The notes under the pieces: generated by a model
Told to the model about the DNA's origin: nothing
Databases searched by the model: none
The model's input: the letters and a program-made list of their open reading frames with translations, nothing else
Assembly (NCBI GenBank): GCA_902494135.1
Contig: CABUSE010000001.1
Location: 1-43,657 of the forward strand
Source: an uncultured Collinsella sp.
GTDB lineage: Bacteria > Actinomycetota > Coriobacteriia > Coriobacteriales > Coriobacteriaceae
DNA: 43,657 nt
Direction: 5' to 3'
Shown here: positions 37,474 to 43,657 of the stretch, piece after piece
How the letters are laid out: every line of letters starts with the position of its first letter
Position numbering within the stretch: the first letter of the stretch is position 1
Translations under genes and position numbers: made by a program

Positions 37474-37560
37474 AGACATCCTCCGATGGGGAAGCGAATC
37501 GTGTTTTAGCTATCGTCATTATAGGTATTATCGCGATTTCATTTGAGCCCTTGGGGCTTG

Positions 37561-37589
37561 TTGAAATGGGATCGGGATTCGCATAAGAT
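37561..37589 (+). promoter_or_regulatory. Sigma70-type promoter for the antisense RNA
   Basis: TTGAAA (37561-66), 17-nt spacer, TAAGAT (37584-89). Confidence 0.6.
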
Positions 37590-37595
37590 TGAAGC

Positions 37596-37688
37596 AGATG
37601 GCACCCGTTGCAGCGGGTTGGCCAACTCCGAAACACGTTTATGGCGTGAGAAGTGGCCGTCTTCGCATTACGCGGGGGCGGCTATTTC
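37596..37688 (+). ncRNA. Putative type I antitoxin antisense RNA (about 93 nt)
   Basis: Promoter upstream; 5' hairpin ACCCGT-TGCA-GCGGGT; terminal 16-bp stem 37651-37687 with five G-U pairs that form only on this strand; overlaps the toxin stop and 3' UTR. Confidence 0.6.
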
Positions 37689-37768
37689 ATTCGACCTCCA
37701 ATGTGGATGCCGAGCTCCACAGCCGCGATTACAAGCAATAACAACGTCAGGACATCGTCAATACTCAT
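37682..37768 (-). CDS. 28-aa hydrophobic peptide MSIDDVLTLLLLVIAAVELGIHIGGRMK, putative type I toxin
   Basis: AAGGAG RBS 7 nt before the ATG; one TM-length helix with a basic C-terminus; too short for the supplied ORF track. Confidence 0.7.
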   Translation of the reverse strand: MSIDDVLTLLLLVIAAVELGIHIGGRMK

Positions 37769-37819
37769 AGTCCATCTCCTTCTCGGGTAGAGGGAGCTGG
37801 CCCATCTGCTTCAACTTCC

Positions 37820-37848
37820 ATTATAGCTAAATACGAACGAATGTTCTA
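37820..37848 (-). promoter_or_regulatory. Toxin promoter with overlapping LexA box
   Basis: Minus strand TAGAAC (-35), 17 nt, TATAAT (-10); CGAACGAATGTTCT at 37834-37847 covers the -35 and spacer. Confidence 0.65.
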
Positions 37849-37870
37849 TAGATGCTGCTGTATTAGATAA

Positions 37871-37900
37871 TTAGACAAACATCTAAATATCGAGTATAGT
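37871..37900 (+). promoter_or_regulatory. sdpRI promoter with ArsR/SdpR-type palindromic operator
   Basis: TTAGA-CAAACA-TCTAA at 37871-37886; TAGACA, 17 nt, TATAGT. Confidence 0.6.
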
Positions 37901-37934
37901 GTGCGCGTCGAACGAAATGATGAGAGGAGGTCTT

Positions 37935-38213
37935 ATGCCGGGAGAGGGTTTTAAGGCGCTGGCCGATCCTACACGGCGTCACATTTTGGAACTGCTGCGC
38001 GAGGGCAATCGCACGGCCGGGGAGCTTGCCGAGCATTTTGACATCAGCAAGCCGTCGTTGAGCCATCACTTGGCGACGCTCAAAAACGCCGGGTTGGTGA
38101 CCGACGAGCGCCATGGCCAAAACATCGTATACAGCTTAAATACCACCGTCATGCAGGATTTGATTGGTTGGTTTATGGGCTTTACAAACACGGAAGGTGA
38201 TAAGGATGAATAA
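37935..38213 (+). CDS. sdpR: ArsR-family autorepressor, SdpR-like
   Basis: FKALADPTRRHIL..L....TAGELAEHFDISKPSLSHHL..LK.AGLV...R.GQNI.YSLNTTV.QDL..W; AGGAGG RBS. Confidence 0.85.
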   Translation: MPGEGFKALADPTRRHILELLREGNRTAGELAEHFDISKPSLSHHLATLKNAGLVTDERHGQNIVYSLNTTVMQDLIGWFMGFTNTEGDKDE

Positions 38214-38910
38214 CGAAAACAAGGGCATTCACGCCACGGGGGTATCGCGGCGTGTGTGGATTGCGCTGATCGCTCTGTGCGTCGCCAATGTCGTAGCGCA
38301 CCTCATGGTGATGCCGAGCTTGCCTGGGCAGATTCCCACGCACTGGGGCGCGAACGGCGCCGTCGACGGTTGGGGTCCCAGCTGGATGGCCTCCGCGCTC
38401 GGCGTGCTGCCTCTGGTGCTTCTCGCAATGTTCTGCGTGGTGCCGCGCATCGATCCCAAAGGTGAGGCATATCGAACCTCGGGCAAGTTCTATCAGGGCT
38501 TCGTAATCGCCTTCACCTTGTTCATGTGCGCCGTAAGCTGGTTGGGTGAGCTTACGGTCTGGGGCGTGGTGCCGGCGGTCGGTTCGGTCAACGTGCTGAT
38601 TTCCGGTGCTATCGGTTTGCTGTTCATCGGCGTAGGCAACTACTTGCCGCGTGTGAAGCAGAACTATACGCTCGGTATCAAGACGCCTTGGGCGCTTGCC
38701 GATCCCGAGAACTGGCGCCGTACGCAGCGCTTTGGCGGTGCCTGCTTTATGGTGCTGGGTGTTGGCCTGATTGCGATGGGCGTGGCAGGTGCGGTGCTTT
38801 CGAGTGAAGTCGTCGCCGCGGTGATTGCGGTTCTGGCGTTTGGTTCGGTCGGAGCCGTCTACGTCTACTCGTATCTGCTGTGGCGCAAATCTCAGCGGGC
38901 TGTTCGTTAA
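38206..38910 (+). CDS. sdpI: SdpI-family immunity membrane protein (DUF1648 + SdpI)
   Basis: LPGQIPTHWG..G.VDGWG and GNYLPRVKQNYTLGIKTPWAL....WRRTQRFGG; overlaps the sdpR end. Confidence 0.85.
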   Translation: MNNENKGIHATGVSRRVWIALIALCVANVVAHLMVMPSLPGQIPTHWGANGAVDGWGPSWMASALGVLPLVLLAMFCVVPRIDPKGEAYRTSGKFYQGFVIAFTLFMCAVSWLGELTVWGVVPAVGSVNVLISGAIGLLFIGVGNYLPRVKQNYTLGIKTPWALADPENWRRTQRFGGACFMVLGVGLIAMGVAGAVLSSEVVAAVIAVLAFGSVGAVYVYSYLLWRKSQRAVR

Positions 38911-39093
38911 GGTTGCGGAAAACTAGCGTACGCAGTTCATAGTGTGTCCCGGGGGACTTTTCCCAGGTAGTATTAGGGGTGTGGGCAACCATGCCCCTTT
39001 TTCGCTAAGTTTCAGAGCCGGTTTCCTCATTTCGTTTCCACTAAAGCGAATCAAGAATAGGGAAACAGCAGGTAGAAAGGATAAAACAGGCAA

Positions 39094-40773
39094 ATGGCAG
39101 AGTTTATCTACCAGATGTATCAGGCTCGCAAGGCCCATGGCGACAAGGTAATCCTTGACGACGTGACTCTGAGTTTCTACCCTGGCGCCAAGATCGGCGT
39201 TGTGGGTCCCAACGGCATGGGTAAGTCGACCCTGCTCAAGATCATGGCCGGCATCGAGGAAGTTTCCAACGGCGATGCCAGGCTTACCCCCGGCTACACC
39301 GTGGGTATCCTGCAGCAGGAGCCGCCGCTCGACGACGACAAGACCGTCATCGAGAACGTGCGCATGGCATTTGGCGACATGATCGCCAAGGTCGATCGCT
39401 TCAACAAGATCGGCGAGGAGATGTGCGACCCGGATTGCGACATGGCCGCCCTCATGGCTGAGATGGGAAAGCTCCAGGACGAGATCGACGCCGCCGACGG
39501 CTGGGATATCGATTCCAAGCTCGGCCAGGCCATGGACGCCCTGCAGCTGCCCGATTCCGACATGCCGGTCAACGTACTTTCCGGCGGCGAGCGCCGCCGC
39601 GTGGCCCTGTGCAAGCTGCTGCTCGAGGCTCCCGACCTGCTGCTGCTCGACGAGCCCACGAACCACCTGGACGCCGAGTCGATCCTGTGGCTCGAGCACT
39701 TCCTGCACAACTACCAGGGCGCGGTGCTTGCCGTCACGCACGATCGCTACTTCCTGGATAACGTTGCCGAGTGGATCTGCGAGGTCGACCGCGGTCACCT
39801 TTATCCCTACAAGGGCAACTACTCCACGTATCTGGAGACCAAGGCCGCGCGTATCGAGGCACAGGGTAACCGCGATGCCAAGCTCGCCAAGCGCATGGAG
39901 GCCGAGCTCGAGTGGGTACGCAGCTCGCCCAAGGCTCGCCAGGCCAAGAACAAGGCCCGTCTGGCTCGCTACGAGGAGATGGAGGCCGAGGCCCGCGCAA
40001 GCCAGAAGCTCGACTGGACCGACATCCGCATTCCCGTTGGACCGCGTCTGGGCAACAAGGTGCTCGAGGCCCATCACCTGCACAAGGAGTTCGATGGCCG
40101 TGTGCTCATCGACGACCTTTCTTTCACCCTGCCGCGTAACGGCATCGTGGGCGTCATCGGCCCCAACGGTGTGGGCAAGACTACGCTCTTCAAGACCATC
40201 GTGGGCCTGGAGCCGCTGACTTCGGGCGAGCTCGAGGTGGGCGAGACCGTCAAGATCTCCTATGTCGATCAGAACCGTTCTGGCATCGACCCCGACAAGA
40301 ACCTGTGGGAGGTCGTCTCGGATGGCCTGGACCACATGATGGTCGGCGAGACCGAGGTCCCCAGCCGCGCGTACGTGGCGAGCTTTGGCTTTAAGGGCCA
40401 GGACCAGCAGAAGCGCGCTGGCGTACTCTCCGGTGGCGAGCGCAACCGTCTGAACCTGGCGCTCACGCTCAAGCAGGGCGGCAACCTGCTGCTCCTCGAC
40501 GAGCCCACGAACGACCTCGACGTCGAGACACTGTCCTCGCTCGAGGCGGCGCTGCTCGAGTTCCCGGGCTGCTCGGTGGTCATTAGCCACGATCGTATGT
40601 TCCTGGACCGCGTCGCCACGCACATTCTGGCGTGGGAGGGCACCGACGAGAATCCGGGCAACTGGTATTGGTTCGAGGGCAACTTCGAGGCCTATCAGGC
40701 CAATCGCATCGAGCGCCTGGGCGAGGACGCGGCCCAGCCGCATCGTATCCACCGTAAGCTGACGCGCGACTAA
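39094..40773 (+). CDS. ettA: Energy-dependent translational throttle protein EttA (ABC-F)
   Basis: MAEFIY.M..., LSFYPGAKIGVVG, two ABC domains, LEWVRSSPKARQAK and WYWFEGNF. Confidence 0.95.
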   Translation: MAEFIYQMYQARKAHGDKVILDDVTLSFYPGAKIGVVGPNGMGKSTLLKIMAGIEEVSNGDARLTPGYTVGILQQEPPLDDDKTVIENVRMAFGDMIAKVDRFNKIGEEMCDPDCDMAALMAEMGKLQDEIDAADGWDIDSKLGQAMDALQLPDSDMPVNVLSGGERRRVALCKLLLEAPDLLLLDEPTNHLDAESILWLEHFLHNYQGAVLAVTHDRYFLDNVAEWICEVDRGHLYPYKGNYSTYLETKAARIEAQGNRDAKLAKRMEAELEWVRSSPKARQAKNKARLARYEEMEAEARASQKLDWTDIRIPVGPRLGNKVLEAHHLHKEFDGRVLIDDLSFTLPRNGIVGVIGPNGVGKTTLFKTIVGLEPLTSGELEVGETVKISYVDQNRSGIDPDKNLWEVVSDGLDHMMVGETEVPSRAYVASFGFKGQDQQKRAGVLSGGERNRLNLALTLKQGGNLLLLDEPTNDLDVETLSSLEAALLEFPGCSVVISHDRMFLDRVATHILAWEGTDENPGNWYWFEGNFEAYQANRIERLGEDAAQPHRIHRKLTRD

Positions 40774-40776
40774 TTT

Positions 40777-40990
40777 GTTACGCGGTTTTACCAAACCGCG
40801 TAACTACTCGACGCTGCGCGGGCCGCAAGCACCCCATCTTGCCGTTCAAACCGTCGCTCGCGTACCGAAGTACGCGTCGCTCCTCTTTCACGGCAACCTG
40901 GGGCACTTGCGGCCCGCTCGCTGTTGGTCACGAAACATCGATGAATGCTAATAAAAGCGGCTCAAATCCTGATTTGGATTTGAGCCGCTT
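40777..40990. repeat. Cluster of three hairpins: 12-bp stem (40777-40804), 100-nt REP-like rod (40818-40917) and terminator-like stem (40955-40990)
   Basis: GTTACGCGGTTT / AAACCGCGTAAC; GCGGGCCGCAAG...CTTGCGGCCCGC with inner stems; AAGCGGCTCAAATCC / GGATTTGAGCCGCTT. Confidence 0.7.
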
Positions 40991-40994
40991 GTCG

Positions 40995-42302
40995 TTACTG
41001 CTCGGGCTCTTCGACTTTGTCGATGGCCCAGGCGGCACCGAGGCCGCCAGTGGTGTTGCGGCGGATGCGCACGGCAACCTCGCGACGCTCGCCGGCCTGC
41101 GTGTAGCGCAGGGGGAAGCTTGCGCGGTTTCGCGCGGCCTCGATGGTACCGCGCTCGCGGGCGATCCAGTAGTACTCGCCGACGATGCCGAGCGTGTCGG
41201 CGCCGTAGGGGAGATAGGTCGACAGCTGGTGCAGAAGCGGGCCGGGGCAGAAAACCTCGGTTGCGAAATCGATGGGGAAGTCCTCGGGGATGGTGGGCGC
41301 TGCGGGCGCGGGGGTTGGGGCCGCTGCGGGTACCGAAGCCGGTGCCGGTGCGGGAATTTGGTCGCAAGCAGCGGCGGGCACGGACTCGATGACGGGTGCG
41401 GGCTCTGGCGTCGTCTTCGGCTTGATTGTGGAATCTGCGGGCTTCACGGTGACGGGCGCGTCTGCAGCTTCAGTTTCAACCTCAACCTGCGTCGAGCTCT
41501 CATTCTCGACGCTCGGCTTTACCTCGATGGGCGTGGATGCCATGGTGGTGATGCCGGCGTTGGCGTTCTCGGGGTCATAGACGACCGTGAGCGAGATGGC
41601 GGGCTGCGGCGTCTCGGGCTCCGGCGCCGACTCGGTAGCGTCTTGATCTGCGGGCTCGTCGGACTGATCGTCCTCGGCCTCGTTGCCAAAGACATCGCTG
41701 TTTTGGAACGCAGGCGTCTCGGGTTGGTCAGCAGCTTCTTTGGTTGTCGACTTGGGAGCCTCGTTGAGCTCCACAGTGGCTTCCTGCTCGGATATGACTT
41801 CGGAATCGGTCGTGGCGGCGATTTCGGTTTCGGCTTCTGCCGTTACCTCAATAGCGACTTCGATCTCTGTCTCGGGCTCGGGTTCCGGCGCGGCTTCAAC
41901 CATGGTTTCTGGCTCGGTGCGCTTAACGTGCTTGGGGCGCACGGCCTTGAGGTCCTTCTCACCGCGCTTTTTCTTTTTGTAGGACTGCTTGGCGCCCTTG
42001 GCGGTCTTGGGCTTGTCCTCGCCCTTGGCAAGTGCGGCATCCCAGGCCTCGTTGGCGATGACGGTGGCATACAGGCGGCCGCCCTTAAAGACAGTCAGTT
42101 TAATGCAGTCGTCGAGTTCCTCGAGCAACTCGCGCGTGGACTCGAAGCCCAGGTCATAAGCGGTCATGTCGCCAGCGGCGAGCGCCTCTTCGACCTGCGT
42201 CATAAACGTTTGCTTGCCGCATCCAATCGCATCGCGCAGCAGGCGATACAGATAGATGTGGTTGCCCAGCGAAAGCGTGGGCCTAACTATTGTCTTGCTC
42301 AT
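40995..42302 (-). CDS. Hypothetical protein: N-terminal globular domain, basic patch, long acidic Pro/Ala/Glu linker, C-terminal domain
   Basis: AGGAGA RBS before MSKTIV; coherent domain-linker-domain composition. Confidence 0.75.
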   Translation of the reverse strand: MSKTIVRPTLSLGNHIYLYRLLRDAIGCGKQTFMTQVEEALAAGDMTAYDLGFESTRELLEELDDCIKLTVFKGGRLYATVIANEAWDAALAKGEDKPKTAKGAKQSYKKKKRGEKDLKAVRPKHVKRTEPETMVEAAPEPEPETEIEVAIEVTAEAETEIAATTDSEVISEQEATVELNEAPKSTTKEAADQPETPAFQNSDVFGNEAEDDQSDEPADQDATESAPEPETPQPAISLTVVYDPENANAGITTMASTPIEVKPSVENESSTQVEVETEAADAPVTVKPADSTIKPKTTPEPAPVIESVPAAACDQIPAPAPASVPAAAPTPAPAAPTIPEDFPIDFATEVFCPGPLLHQLSTYLPYGADTLGIVGEYYWIARERGTIEAARNRASFPLRYTQAGERREVAVRIRRNTTGGLGAAWAIDKVEEPEQ

Positions 42303-42374
42303 GGCAAATCTCCTCTTTACACATGTAAAGCATCTTACCATCGCATGGCGTTCGCCATGGCGGCGCCCAAGGCA

Positions 42375-42408
42375 AACGGGCGCGAACCGCTTTCGATTCG
42401 CGCCCGTT
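42375..42408 (-). terminator. Terminator after the 42443-43396 gene
   Basis: AACGGGCGCGAA / TTCGCGCCCGTT. Confidence 0.65.
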
Positions 42409-42442
42409 GTACAGGTCGGTTATCTATGAGAGGCAAACGTGC

Positions 42443-43396
42443 TTAGTTGCCCGATGCCGTGCCTTGGCTCGAGTTGTCAGATGCCGTGCCGGAAGCGGTT
42501 CCGCTCGAGCTGTTGGTGTTGTTACTGTCTGCCGTGCCCGTTCCCGACGTGGTGTCGCTCATCTGGCCTCCCGTGTTCGGCTGTGAACCGTCAGTCGTTT
42601 GGCTTGAGTCGGTCGTGCCGGACGGCGTGCCACTGTTGGCCGTAGAGGAATCGGTGCCCTGCGATTGGTTTTGGGTGTTCGAGGACGAATTGGCAGAGGT
42701 AGGACTGTCTTGCGTGTCGTCCGTCTGTGCCTGCTGATCCTGCGGCTGAGTGTTGCCATTTGCATCGCTCTCGGTCGTGCGCGACGACAGGATTGGCTCG
42801 GGACGCTCGCCCAGACCCTCACCGGCAGTGGTGATAAGGATGGCGCCGGCGCAGGCGATGACCGCGACGATGGCGATGGCGATCGAGAAGACGATGACCT
42901 TCTTTTGTGTCTGGCTGCGCTCTGCCGCCGCCTTGGCGCGCAGACTGTTGGGGGCGACGCGCGCCGTGGTCGCGCGTCCCGCAACCTGGCGCATCTCCTG
43001 CGTGGTCGCGGCGCCACCTAGGTGCTCCTCGACATCGGGCTCAACGGGCTCGTAGGCGCCGGCAGGGTAGTCGACAGCGGCATGCGTGCCCTTGATTGCT
43101 TCGGCGCTGGCAGAGATAAAGTGGCGATAGACCTGCGAGGACACAACAGTGATGACTGAGCTCACAGCGGCACCAATCACCGAGCCGGCAATGCCGATCT
43201 TTGAAGCAAGCGCCACGCTCGTGGCGGCAGCTGCGGCGCCGGCGATGATCTGGGGAATGGAAATGTCGTCGAACAGGCCCTTTTTGGGCGCGATGGCCAT
43301 GGTCTGTCCAATGGAATGGTTTTCGTGTACGCCGTTGTTGAGCGATGCCGGCGTCATGACGCGCGTGCGCGGCGCGTCGGTGTACTTGGTTGTCAT
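42443..43396 (-). CDS. Hypothetical membrane protein with Ser/Thr/Gln-rich C-terminal tail
   Basis: GGGAGG RBS before MTTKY; QIIAGAAAAATS...KIGIAGSVIGAA hydrophobic hairpin, a later TM helix and a low-complexity tail. Confidence 0.75.
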   Translation of the reverse strand: MTTKYTDAPRTRVMTPASLNNGVHENHSIGQTMAIAPKKGLFDDISIPQIIAGAAAAATSVALASKIGIAGSVIGAAVSSVITVVSSQVYRHFISASAEAIKGTHAAVDYPAGAYEPVEPDVEEHLGGAATTQEMRQVAGRATTARVAPNSLRAKAAAERSQTQKKVIVFSIAIAIVAVIACAGAILITTAGEGLGERPEPILSSRTTESDANGNTQPQDQQAQTDDTQDSPTSANSSSNTQNQSQGTDSSTANSGTPSGTTDSSQTTDGSQPNTGGQMSDTTSGTGTADSNNTNSSSGTASGTASDNSSQGTASGN

Positions 43397-43657
43397 ACGG
43401 GGTCCTCCCGGTGTAAATCTGCTTCGTTTCGTGTAGCCATCAGGGTACCCACCAGATGTGAATCGTACGTGACATTTAACAGATACCATCAACTCATCAA
43501 TTGCTCACCAAGTTGGTGGGATGCGGTTACACCCGGCGGTTGAACTACAATAGGGCTTGCTAATTGTTGTGAATGGCGTCTACGCACGGGAGCATTCTTA
43601 TGAATCTTCACCTTTCTCAGTCTGATGGCTTTTTGCGTGTGGCGGCGGCGTCGCCGC

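Overview
GC-rich chromosomal window, most likely from a Coriobacteriia gut actinobacterium (Collinsella-like; inferred from gene content, GC level and actinobacterial-type SOS boxes). It holds about 42 protein genes. These include housekeeping genes (rnhA, nfo, pgi, metY with a divergent LysR, panE, tcdA, TatD, ettA), a polar amino-acid ABC transporter, a flavodoxin/DUF3793/HMA metal locus, a sortase-anchored surface protein, an SOS-controlled Y-family polymerase/YolD cassette, a fructoselysine (frl)-type operon with a YfcC transporter and an amidohydrolase, and an orphan sdpRI module. No rRNA, tRNA, CRISPR array, transposase or integrase was seen. The best unannotated signal is at 37561-37848: a 28-aa single-helix peptide gene with a LexA-type box over its promoter, a convergent antisense RNA with its own promoter and terminator, and 5'/3' long-range pairing. 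This is a candidate SOS-inducible type I toxin-antitoxin system. Other notable signals: a Cys/Met-containing leader peptide before metY, two covarying hairpin repeats 1160 bp apart, a cyclase gene remnant, and a truncated Fe-ADH-like gene between 35-bp inverted repeats. All calls were made by eye; no database searches or folding programs were run.
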